A stretch of 64,000 nt of DNA from Adineta vaga. Taxonomy: Eukaryota; Animalia; Rotifera. The first letter of the stretch is position 1. Every line of letters starts with the position of its first letter. Positions 13,408 through 25,669 of the stretch are shown piece by piece. The position numbers and the translations under genes are program-made. The stretch spans positions 7,068,001 to 7,132,000 of the forward strand of contig CP075494.1 in NCBI GenBank assembly GCA_021613535.1. Direction: 5' to 3'. The notes under the pieces are model-generated. The model did not search any database, was not told the DNA's origin, and was given only the letters and a program-made list of their open reading frames with translations.

Positions 13408-14528
13408 ATGTCATTTAATACGGGCAATTCTCCAAGAGAAGGTGGAAATGTATGGAGTGCTGGCTCGCGTGGTAAACTGTCAAAATTGTCGCTAAGAAAA
13501 GAAAAACATTTTATTTTACCATTTTATTAAGGTTCACGCGGAGGTCCAGACAATAACGATAATGGAGCGAGAGGAGAGTAAGTTCATTAAGTATACGTGC
13601 CTATTCATTGATCAATAAAAAAAAATTTTTTTCTGTAGAAGATCGTTTCGTGGATCTTTTCAAGGAAATGATTCAAGTATGTAAAGAAATAGTTCACTCA
13701 GATATATTTGACGAGTGTCTTGATAATTGTTTTTAGGAAGAGGTGGTGGTGGTGGTGGTGGATATGGATATCGAGCGCAAAATAATAATGATGATGAACA
13801 AATAGAAATACTTAAAGATGCCATATTCATTCAAAATTTGCCCAAAAATATCACTCGTGATGATATTCAAGAAGCTTTTTCAACTGTTGGACCAATAAAA
13901 GTAGAGATTATTTTGATAGACAAGTGACAGAATGTATAAAACACAAACTTGACTTTTTTCTAGATTGATGATCGTTCAGGTGGTCCAAAAATTTGGATTT
14001 ATAAAGATCGAATGACTGGTGAGGGAAATGGTCGAGCAACAGTCACGTATGAAGATGATGAAACGGCTGATAAAGCTATTTCTGAATATAATGGTAAGTA
14101 AGAACAATATCTGATAGATAGAAGGAATGAAATATTTGTATTTAGATCAACACATTGACTCTATAAACTGTGTTGTTCGTGTTCAACTTGCTCAACGCCG
14201 TATTCGCAATAATGATAATAATTATCGTGGTGGTTTTAATAATCGAGGTTTGCTTTTCTTCAAATAAAAGCAAACTTCAATTTTGATTGATGTATAGGTT
14301 TTCGTGGTGGTCGAAATAATTGGAACAATAATTCTCGTCCAGGTGGTAGTAATCGATTTAATAATGGTAGAGGTGGTGGCTTTCGTGGTATGTTTAACAT
14401 TATACACTTATGATAATAGAATTTGAAAAGAAAACCATTTGTTTTTAGGTAGAGGAGGTGGTGATCGAGGTTCAGGTCGTGGATTTCGAGGAAACTCATT
14501 TCATGGCAATAATAACTCCGCATTTTAA
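13408..14528 (+). CDS. FET-family-like (FUS/EWS/TAF15/cabeza) RRM + RGG RNA-binding protein, many small exons
   Basis: RRM AIFIQNLPKNITRDDIQEAFSTVGPIK|IDDRSGGPKIWIYKDRMTGEGNGRATVTYEDDETADKAISEYN carries the FET-type ATV[ST]YED signature and extended loop. RGG/RG repeats lie on both sides. Confidence 0.8.
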
Positions 14529-14883
14529 AATTTCTAACATGAAATCTCAAACAATCTAATCATTTTCTCATTGTATTTGTACGCGCCTATGCGCAGTTTT
14601 GTTTGGTTTGACATATCTTATTCATATGTATCGTTGTTTTATGTTTTATTCAAAACTATGACATTTATTTCAAAGATAGATTAAACACAGAAGAACTTCA
14701 TATCGACAGAAAAAAAATACAATTACCTTCTATGTCATAGCAATGAGAGATAAATCTACAATTAAATTATCAAAATGAAAATCTTTCATTTATTTATTAA
14801 TGTTATCACAATTAAGCATACAAAAATATACGACTAACAATTACATCACAATTGAGCATAGAATAGCGACGAAATTGTCTTAT

Positions 14884-15964
14884 TCAGTTGATGAGTATAT
14901 TGCACGGATTACTAAGACGATATTGTAATAATTCAATACCATTTTGATACCACCAAACAAATGCACCTAATGCACAAACATGCCAAATTTGATGACTGGC
15001 AAAAATAAAATCAAACGAACCTAAAAATAAACAGTTTTCTATGATAGAAAGTAAAATCTTTGTTGTTTTACCGGGATAATATCGTTCGGGAAACTTTGTT
15101 AAATAAGCAAATGTTCCAATACCAAGAATTCCATAAAGTACAAATAATTTCGGAAAAAAATGTTGAACAAATTCATTTGACCAACCACCATGAAGTAAAT
15201 ACCAATGAAAACCTGGTAAAAATCCTAGTAACGCTATAATTACAAATAGAGTCACATGAATATTTCGTGTAATATATCGTTTAGCACCCTGAACATAATA
15301 AATAACGGAAAGAAACATGATTGAAATAATCAATGTTTCATATCGTATTCTCCAATCATGATAACATTCAAATGCAAGATGAAGTCCACATAAATAACAA
15401 CCTAATATACCAAATCCAATGCCGCATAAATCTAATTTAAGAAATTCAGCAAATGCTCGCGATGATATGCAACCAAACAGATGAAATAAAACTGAACATA
15501 TCATACATATCTGCATTGAAAAAGATGAAGTCTATTGTGTTTTTTTTCACAAAATCAGAAGACTTACAATGACAGAAATAGTATAAAATATAACAAAATA
15601 GTAGTCGGATGTTGATGTCAATAATGGTAATGCAGTACCCATGTAAATATCACGAAAGAGAAAGTAAATAAATAGTCCAGCACCAATTAAATGTGACCAA
15701 ACATTGATCGTTTCATTATTGAAATAAAGTAAACTAAATCAACTATGATGAAATGATTTTTCTCGTAAAAAAACCCGAGCAAACAAACCTCTTTATACAA
15801 TCTCGTTTACTTATACTATGTCGATAACCAGTGCGAATAAATGGATTTGATTGAAGATATTCTGGGACAGTTTCAAAGGAATGTAATTGAATTTGTTTTG
15901 ATTTGGTTTTTGATTCAGGTAAGCATGGCTTTTTAGATTCTCGATATAGTCGATTTCGAGTCAT
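14884..15964 (-). CDS. PAQR3: Progestin and adipoQ receptor family member (PAQR3-like)
   Basis: VPEYLQSNPFIRTGYR, NNETINVWSHL, SVLFHLFGCIS, LKLDLCGI, KFPERYYPG|SFDFIFASHQIWH. Confidence 0.9.
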
Positions 15965-16047
15965 ATCATTGACAACTTTATCTAGAAGAAAGAGATTATA
16001 TCTATCTGTCTGTCCATCCTCTTTTCCAAGTAGAATAAACAAAAAGT

Positions 16048-16471
16048 TTAGAAGATTTCATTTTCTTGTAATAACATATTTGGAATGCCTTTTGAAATTC
16101 GAAATTTTCGTCCAGTTTCAGGACAAATCAGTTCACCTTCTTTCACTTCGTATTCTAGTAAAACTTTATGCATTTTCTTGAGAAATTCTTCATTCTTTTG
16201 CATTCTTTCTGGCAATGATTCATTCAAACCAAGCTACAACAACAACAACGTCAAAAAAATATATTCAAAGATATTGAAAATTCTTACTTACATCAATAAC
16301 AGCTTCACGTAATGCATCATATTCAATTCGTTGTAGAATGCGTAGAATAAAATCACGATTATAATCAACGGGTACATTCTCGACTTTCAAGGGACGAATT
16401 TTCAATGGAAAACCTTTCGAAACTCCTTTGAGAATAGTTGAAGTAAGCATATTATGTGTAATTAATTTCAT
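16048..16471 (-). CDS. TRMT112: Multifunctional methyltransferase activator TRM112 (2 exons)
   Basis: MKLITHNMLTS..KGV.KGFPLKI; second exon EEFLKKMHKVLLEYEVKEGELICPETGRKFRISKGIPNMLLQENE. Confidence 0.95.
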
Positions 16472-16560
16472 TGCCTTCTATTTTTTATCTAAAATAATGA
16501 TATTTTATGAAAAAAGTAGAAAAAACGAATTTATTTTCAAAAATCTTATGGAAGAGAAAT

Positions 16561-16975
16561 TTACTTATGTCGGAATGAGCTAACAATATAGTATAATACA
16601 ATAAAAGCCAAAACAATACCACCAATGACATAATACATTATTCGTCGATCTTTTCCTCCACTAGTTAGAACATCAGTTAAATGACGAGAACTTCCACCAA
16701 GGAAACTACGTGCTGTATCGAAATCCGAACGCTATAATCAGAAACTTTAATCTATTTGTTTCAGATTTTCAACAAAATATGACCTACCATCGTTTCAAGA
16801 AAACGATTATGTTCTGTAGTTTCATTGTCAATATCGATTGCAATCTTTAAGATAATGAAAATATCAGTCATATAAAGAAGAGCTTTGACAAATAGTAACA
16901 AACATTTTTAAGTCGAGATACTTTTGCAGATAATTCTTTTGTATGTTGATCATTTTCCTTTTCTAAAGAATCCAT
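16561..16975 (-). CDS. BET1L: BET1-like Golgi Qc-SNARE (3 coding exons); absent from the ORF track
   Basis: Spliced MDSLEKENDQHTKELSAKVSRLKN|IAIDIDNETTEHNRFLETM|RSDFDTARSFLGGSSRHL..DRRIMYYVIGGIVLAFIVLYYIVSSFRHK*. SNARE heptad followed by a C-terminal TM anchor. Confidence 0.85.
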
Positions 16976-18533
16976 CTGAAGTAAATACAAGATAAATTAA
17001 TATCTATCAGGGTAAACAATTCGAACATGATATTCACGAATAATTTAATCAAATGATATACATATGATTTGTCCTTGTCTGGAGCGTCGGTTTCGGTTGA
17101 TCAATTTACATATACTGAAACAGTTGTAATTGATGATATTGTGTTTTGTGTCAGACTAACGTTTCGCGATGATTCAAAATAATAAATGAATATTCATGAA
17201 AATATTAACTAATTAATGGTTACGAAAAAAACTGGCACATTACAAGAACATCTTTGTATCATAGTTATGTAACACATTTCATATTACTAATTAAAATAAT
17301 TATTACTTCATAATAAATAGTAGTCAATAGAATCTATATGACTACTTTTTGATTGAAACTTCAAGCCAAAAAATAGAATACTTTCCTATAGTGTTGATCT
17401 TCTAGTTATATAACACGATCCACTTTAAGTTAAAGTCGTGCTTGTAGTAACAAATAGAGATTTATTGAAAGTAAGTAAGTAAATAATCAGTGACATTGTA
17501 CGATTGGATAATTTCATGAAGATTGCAGCTTAATCAAATACTAGAGGTCGCATTCTATCATTTTAGCGTTACTGTGTAACTACCACTCATATTTAAACAT
17601 GAAACGTAGATGGTATGAAATTTTAATCATAGAAAGTAGATTTTAAAGAGTGCCCTTGTACATTACTTTGTAGACAGAAGAACTTTACAATCTAAGCTGA
17701 TCAAACTTGTTTCTTTTACTATCATTTGAATAATATTAAGCAAACTTTTTCATACTATCCGATTTTACAAAGGTTAAAAAAACCAACATACATATACATA
17801 GATAACTTTGGAAGTGATCTAATGGTTGTTCTAAGGTTATTTCTATTGTGGCTTGTCAAATGTATTATTCATGTTCTCAGCTGCTTGCAATTTTATTTCT
17901 TTTTTTTCCTGATACTTTGTTAATATGTAAGAAAAAAAAGGAAAGGAAAAAGAAGACATTTCTTCTTTCTCTTCTTGTATTCCCTTTATGTACACTCTTG
18001 TCAAGTAAGAGAGAAGCAAGCGCGACCCTGTCAATGCTAAGTTTTTTTTCCAAAAAAAAAGAGAGAGGAGAAATATTCCTTTGTGCTCATTGTACTTATA
18101 CATGTTCACTTTTAATGACAGAAAAGAGGAAAAAACCGCATCAGAGAATGTTTGTCATTAATATAAAAAAAAGAAAGAAACCACAATCATCTCAGAATCG
18201 TATTAAGATTGATAATGAAGGTTTATTCAATCAGTATGATCACCACTCGTGTTCTGATTTTCTTTATAGAATATATATATATGTTAATGGTTTACATTGT
18301 AAAAACTTCTTGTAAACGATAAGAGTTTTTATTACACATTATGATATGACTATTCGATACGTATGTGTTACAGAATAAAAAGAAATATCAATTTTTCTGT
18401 TAAGTATGGACTGATGATGAGAAAAGAAAGAGTGGTAAATGCATTTTTTGATTCATATCCTGTAGATACATTGTGTTTTATGGTAATAGGCATTAGTGTT
18501 GGTTTTATTTCGTTTTAGATAGTGAATATAATC

Positions 18534-20790
18534 ATGTCGGGATTGATACTACGAGCAGCAAATGACTTTACTGTGGTATTTTTGGGAACATCTCGAAGTG
18601 ATGATTCTACTGGTGATCGTCTTAGTTATAGATATACATGTGCAATATTAATTGCATTCACAATAATTGTCTCAAATCGAGAATTTACATTGAAACGTAT
18701 ACAATGTTGGGTAGAGATTTGATTTAATTTTGTGAACGGATAGAATGTAATGTAAGTTGTTTTTCTAGGTTCCAGCTTTCTTTACAGAGAATTATGAAGA
18801 ATATACTAATAATGTAAGCATTTTTTATGACTAAATTCTATTATCTGATTGTTCTGATAGGTATGCTGGGTTCGAAATACGTATTATCTTAACGATGATA
18901 GTCATATACCTGAAAGTTTGGATGTACGTCGTGAATCATCGATACGTTATTATCAATGGATACCATTTATACTTTTATTCCAAGCGTTTTTCTTCTTTCT
19001 TCCATATGTCATTTGGAGAGACTGTGTCAACGATCAGGTAAGATGTTTGCACGAAAAACATGTTCTCCATAAGTTCAATTTTTCTTTTGAAATAAGGTAT
19101 TGACATTCGAGATGTTGTGGAAGCTGCCGCGAATTATAAAAAAAGTACAGATGAAAATAAACGTCAACAATTAATGAATTTTATGGTTTCGGTTATTGAT
19201 CAATATGTCGATGATCCACGTCGTCAATCAAATAATCGTGAAACTGTTTGGTGGAAAAAATTTTTCCTAATGTTTTTTCCTTCATCTGGTCGTTATATGG
19301 GCGATTATTTGAGAAATTTATTCATCTTTATTAAAATACTCTATGTAATCAATGTTTTTGGACAAGTTCTACTTCTGTCCTTTCTATTAGGACAACCATT
19401 TTGGTCATTAGGATTTACTGTGATTAAATTTTTGTACGAAGGAAAAAGTTGGGATTATCATAGTCGATATTTTCCTAAAGTAACCTTATGGTAAAAAATA
19501 TTTTGTAGATTTTACAAATATTTGACTAAGTTTTGTTTCTATATAGCGACTTTGAAATTCGAGAACCAAATACTATACCACTTGCACATACGTACACTGT
19601 CATGTGTGTATTACCAATCAATCTTTTCAATCAGGTTTGATTCTATTGAAAATTACAGATGTTTAAGAGGTATTTATTCGTTTCTAGCAAATATTTACAT
19701 TTTTATGGTTTTGGTTTGTGATTGTAATTGTATTGACAGTTTATGATCTTTGTATATGGATTTATCGATTATTCTTTCGACGTGAAATTCATTTAGAAGC
19801 ACGTTTGAAAGTCATTGATTGGGAAATAGCACAGAAATGGCCATATAAAGATGCGTGTATCGATCACATCAATGCAGAAGAAAATGAACACCTTATGAAA
19901 GGTATTTTACATTCTTTTTGTCGTTCTTATGCTACTTTGATTACGTAATGAGGAGAATCCATGAACCAGAAATGCATAATTTAGTTGGAAAAGCTATTTA
20001 AGTTTTCTTTGTACAAAAAATATTATAATTAACTCTGGTAAACTTCTTTCATTAACGTATTTCTATAGGCAATTCGATAGAATGTTAGAATACGATGTTG
20101 TTAATCATCTTGTTTTGAGTCTCTTGAGAAAATACATGTCATAAGTTAATTGTCAATTTATTTCCTAGTACAAACTCGTAAAGAATGTGACTCAACTGGT
20201 GATCAATTTCGTGTGTTGAGTGATGGACGAAGAATTCATCATCAATCACGTATGTTTATTGTACCACGTAGTTATTACAAGCAAAAACGATCGATATTTC
20301 AATTTTTTAATTACGAATACTTGGAATCTGATGGACATTTTATACTTCGAATTATTGGAACAAATGCTAGGTAAATATTCAATTTCTATAGATGATAAAT
20401 CAAATACAAAAATTTTCCTTTTCATATAGTGATTTTGTTACAACTAAAATCATCCATAAACTATATATCTTATGTTGTGAAAAACGATTTCGTGCTGATG
20501 AAGTACCAGTAGTAGAACATGAACCACGAATGATTCTTTATAAATATTTAATTATTCCGAAAGGACAAACATCATCTACGACAGATCCATCTAAATTAGA
20601 TCAAACATCAAATGATCAAACAAGATCAGCAACAAATCAAGATGCACCACATGTATTACCACGATCATCATCGAATAATGAACTGTCACCTTCGGACATG
20701 GGTCCATCAATTCTGGATCCTGAGAGACGGCAACAACTATCCAAACGATCTCATTTTAGTTCGAAAAAACTCGCAGAAGAAGAAGAATAA
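18534..20790 (+). CDS. Innexin gap-junction protein (one apparent 1-nt deletion near 19020)
   Basis: DDSTGDRLSYRYT, IQCW|VPAFFT, VCWVRNTYY, signature YYQWIPFILLFQA, YFPKVTLC|DF, CVLPINLFNQ, YLESDGHFILRII. Adding one G gives WRGLCQRSG|IDIRDVV. Confidence 0.9.
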
Positions 20791-20840
20791 TAATAAGACA
20801 ATGTGATATTTTGTATTTTATGTTTTCTTTTTCTGTGTAA

Positions 20841-21653
20841 TCAAATCAAATGTCGTCTCATTTCTTTCAGTCCATCACGTGCCATTGCTGCTGATTTAGG
20901 TGTAAAATTTAGTTGGTTAACAAGAGATTTTTCAAATTCTTCATCGTTTGCACTCATCATATATCTTGATAGTAATTGATGAGCCATTATAATCCTTTGA
21001 AAGCAAAATACACAGCAAACAATTCCGATTGGTATGATTACTTTTCTATACCCTTGTTTTTCACAGAGATATCCATGTTTTGGACCGATACCAGGAACAC
21101 ATGTAACAGGTTTGATTGTCAATGGTTCATTAGCAAATGAACACTTTATGATACAATAACAGAAAAGAGTATCTTTTGTGTTCTACTCTTTGAAAAATGA
21201 ATATCTCACGTGTTTCTTTGTACAAAGTCTTGGTGGATCATCATTGCTCGAATTCATCGAACCAACTAATGCACGTTGAGCTAGTTGATTGATCATTGCT
21301 TTTGTCACATCTTTTTTACCATATAAATCTTGTAAATCATCATCAATATTAATTTTGACTGCTTGTTGTTGAACAATATGTTGAATCTTATGATCACTTG
21401 CTTCCATCGGATCAGTAATGACTTTTTTCTTCTCAACAAGTGTTTCTTGCTTTAGAGGTGGAGCTTTAACTTGATTCTTAATTGCTTTTTTCTTTTCATC
21501 ACCACCACAACAGCTAATATTGATGGATTGTTGTTGTTGAAAATTTATATCACCTGTCCATTCAGTCAGCTCTTGAGGTAGTGGTTTTCTTATCGAGTTC
21601 TTATTTCGTGAACGATTGGTACTACGAAAAAATGAACGAGAAGTGGACGACAT
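20841..21653 (-). CDS. Barrier-to-autointegration factor (BAF)-like protein with long N-terminal extension
   Basis: Spliced CTKKH|CSFANEPLTIKPVTCVPGIGPKHGYLCEKQGYRK..AHQLLSRYM..DEEFEKSL..GLKEM aligns by eye with BAF (SQKHRDFVAEPMGEKPV.SLAGIG....KLEERGFDKAYVVLGQFL). About 150 aa precede it. Confidence 0.7.
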
Positions 21654-21830
21654 GAAGTAAAAATCAACACACAAAAAAAACGAATTCGTCGAACAAATCT
21701 TCAAGGAAATGTATGAACGAGTTGCTATGTTACTATTCGAATTATAAAGTCATTTACTAAATTTTTTCATCTTTCTAATACAATCTAAATATAGATTTAT
21801 TTCGGAAAACAAAAATCAGATTATAATCTT

Positions 21831-23402
21831 TTAAACCATATCTTTTGGATTCACGTATGTGTTAAATTCTTCTTCGGTCAGATATCCAAGAGCTAATGCC
21901 GATTCACGTAATGTTGTTCCTTCTTTATGTGCTTTCTTAGCAATTGCTGCTGCTTTATCATATCCAATATGTGGATTCAAGGCAGTCACTAAATAGAATT
22001 CAATCGATTAAAAAAGAAAGAACACATAATTTATTAGTATGGGTTTACCTAACATCAATGATTCTCGCATATATCGTGATAATACTGCAGTATTTGGTAG
22101 AATACCAACAACACAATGTTCAGTAAATGAATTACAAACATCAGCAAGAATTCGAATCGAATGAAGAACATTTCGAATAATCAATGGTTTAAATACATTC
22201 AATTCAAAATGTCCCATTGAACCACCCACTGTTACAGCAACATGATTACCCATAACTTGTGCAGCAACCATTGTCATTGCTTCACATTGTGTAGGATTAA
22301 CTTTACCAGGCATAATTGAACTACCAGGTTCGTTTTCTGGTAAGATCAATTCGCCTATTCCACATCGTGGTCCCGAACCCAAAAGACGAATATCATTGGC
22401 AATTTTCACTTTAAATGAAAAAAAGATGTGATTGGAAAACTAAGAATTGTTCTTCTTACTTAAACTAACAGCTACCGTATTCAATGCACCACTCACTTCT
22501 ACCATTGTATCATGTGTAGCTAATGCTTCAAATTTATTTGGTGCATCAACAAATGGTAATTGAGTAAGTTCATTCAATGTTTGTGCAACAAATTTTCCGA
22601 AACCTTTTGGTGTATTGATACCAGTTCCAACTGCTGTACCACCGATCGCTAATTGATATAAACGGCGTTCGCATGTCTGTAATCGTTCAATACCCATTGC
22701 TACTTGATGTGTATAACCAGAAAATTCTTGTCCAAGTGTCATTGGTACAGCATCTTGTAAATGTGTTCGACCAATTTTATAGATCGATGCAAATTCTTCC
22801 GATTTCTTTTTCAATTCTTCATGAAGATACTTTAATGCTGGATACAATCGACGATTTAATTCTAATGCAACAGCAACATGCATTGCTGTTGGAAATGTAT
22901 CATTTGAACTTTGACTTTTATTGACATGATCATTGGGATGAACAGGTGTTTTACTTCCCATCGATCCACCAAGAATTTGTATTGCTCGATTAGAAATCAC
23001 TTCATTCACATTCATATTTGTTTGTGTACCTGATCCTGTTTGCCAAATACTTAATGGAAAATGATCATTGAATTTTCCAGCAATGATCTCATCACATGCT
23101 TGACATATAGCATCTGAGAGTTTTGTATCGAGATTAAATTGTTTGTTGACAATTGCACATGATTTTTTTAATAAACCAAATGCTTCAATTAATGGAAGAG
23201 GCATTCGATCTAAGAGGGAAAAAAAACAATTTGTGATCGATCAATTCGTTGAAAACAATTTACCAGTCGGTAATCCAATGTTAAAGTAAATCATTGAACG
23301 AGCTGTTTGAGCACCATAATAACATTCGGCTGGAACTTTAATTGGACCGAATGTATCTGTTTCTGTTCGAGTTTCACCTTTTGATTCCGAAATTTGTTGC
23401 AT
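21831..23402 (-). CDS. FH: Fumarate hydratase (class II fumarase); upstream targeting-peptide exons possibly extend to ~23639
   Basis: [75 protein letters not shown], signature [16 protein letters not shown]. Confidence 0.97.
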
Positions 23403-25247
23403 ATCTATAATATAATGATAGTAAATGATGTATTTTTACTTTTCTATTTCTTATTATAGATGAGTCATGGATATATTTACCTAACCGTTGATAAATTGTG
23501 ATCAAAGGTGGCAGCAAATATCAATCTAAATTTATGACCTTTGTCATACCGTAAGAAAAGAAGATGAAGACATTTATTAATTACAAATCGAATCGATCGA
23601 CCGATTCAATGAACAACTGAATATTTTTAAATCTGACATGTGATGACTAAAAACCAAAAGGATTATTGCTTTTCCATATGAATTAATTCAATTTTCATTT
23701 TTCTGAGATGATTCTGAATGCTGACGTCCTTCTATTCTAGTCATTATATAACACGGTTTCTAATATTATTTTACTCTGTAAGATGGTTTCAATTAAATGA
23801 ACTTCTATATATTCTGTGAAAAGATTGAATCAATAACATCTTTAATGCGAGTGTAACTTAGAGTGCAAAAAAAAACTGTTATTTACACATGATATAATTA
23901 TCTCTATATTATACAAGTAACGCTCATCTTTTAGATTCGCGAACCCTTTTCTGAAAGAATTATACTGATGAACAAAGTACTCATATTCTTTCGTTCTGTC
24001 ACTCTAGGTAATCTAGTATGAAACTTAAACAGTTGTATTAATCGATATTGTCAACTTACTGAAAATGTCAAGTAAACTGTCAAGTTAGGAACCACGTATT
24101 GAAGATTACATCTTTAGATGAACATAGAAACAGAATAATCACTACTATTCCGTAGAAATTATCAATGAAATATTGCAAAACAGTTTAATAGTGTCAAGAT
24201 AGATTTAAATAAAACCAGTAATATTTTTAAAGCAAAAACTATACTTAAAACGGTATATTGTTTTACTCATATTCTCACGTAGATATTCAGTGTCAACTCA
24301 TAAATCTAACAGAGTTCCAAAATAACTCAAAATATACTCGATTTGGATTGTTCACGGGAATGGCTAGTCATTCCAATCGATACTTATGCTTGTTCTTCCT
24401 TGAGTTTTAATAATACCAAGTGTATAATCAACTGTTCTTGTTTTTTATATAGTTATATTCTTAATACGGCTTACTGGAGTGATGATTGACATACTTCTAT
24501 ATAGTATAAATTTGATTTATACTTTACTAACAACTACAGATGTGACAGATACAAATCGAATGATGAATGAAAGTTATGCCACAACAGTTGTAACACTTGT
24601 AATTTATTTATATTATGGTGTAAGCTGATTTATTCGATTGATGCATATGTGTATTTCTGAACAGACTTTTTTTGATGTAGCGAAGTTGTCATATGTTTTT
24701 GATATGATCAAGTCATTTTCGTCGAACAGTCAAAGAGAAAGTGTAATTTTGTCGAAGATCTCATCAAATCAATCCATTTCCACAAACCCAAATTTTCTTT
24801 TCTTTTGATGTTTATATTTAGTAGCGCTGTAATGAGAGTTTCTATATCTATTGTGTGTAATAATATCAAGTTTCATATGAAAAATAAATAATTATTGATG
24901 TATTTTCTTTTTGGATTTTGTCGCTAATACAATTATTAATTTGATGATTACAGTATTTGATTCAATAAGACTTATTGAAATGGCTAGAATTAAGCAATAT
25001 CGTGTCAAACGTTAAACTCGAATTCAATTTGAAACAGATGCCTTCAGTTGAGTCATTCCATGGAAACGTTTAAATTAAAACTTTTCAATTCAATTTTCCA
25101 AAGAAAACTTTCAGTATTGTTAGACGAAACTGACCGGGCTACACAAATATCAAAAAAGATAATTAGAAATTAAACAAATTTGTCGCCTATTATAAACGCT
25201 CCACAACATATATACATCTATCTATATATATGTCGATGTTTGTTGTC

Positions 25248-25465
25248 GGATTAGCTTTACCAGGCATAATTGAACTACCAGGTTCATTTTCTGGTAAGAT
25301 CAATTCACCTATTCCACATCGTGGTCTCGAACCCAAAAGACGAATATCATTGGCAATTTTCACTTTAAATGAAAAAAGATGTGATTGATGTATTTACCTA
25401 ACCGTTTATTAATTGAGATAAGAGGTGGCAGCAAATATTAATCTAAAATTGAGACCTTTACCGTA
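25248..25465 (-). pseudogene. Internally deleted partial duplicate of the fumarase gene
   Basis: 25248-25387 is near-identical to 22294-22434; 25388-25465 matches 23471-23553 with more substitutions. About 1 kb between them is missing. Confidence 0.9.
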
Positions 25466-25669
25466 TAGTGAAAAACAAAACTGCGAAGCTACTTCGAACA
25501 ATCGTACATAACATCAAGAATGGAATCTATCGATATTAGAGAAGAAAAGCTTTACAAGTTCATATTCTCTTAATAAAAAAGAAACATAGAAGAATTCTAT
25601 GCGATTGGATAATTGATCTAATCTTTTATTAAAATAAAAACAAAACTTTCGAATGACTTTCACATTGTT

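Noticed and set aside
17422-17436. Palindrome ACTTTAA-G-TTAAAGT
   Set aside because: 7-bp AT-rich arms are expected by chance in 64 kb.
17726-18315. Overlapping 65-155 aa ORFs upstream of innexin
   Set aside because: Translations of A/T and GA-rich tracts (poly-K/F) with no domain; probably promoter or 5'UTR.
24049-24087. Three TGTCAA repeats considered as a CRISPR-like array or TE end
   Set aside because: Only 6-bp units with irregular spacing; no long repeats, spacers or TIRs.
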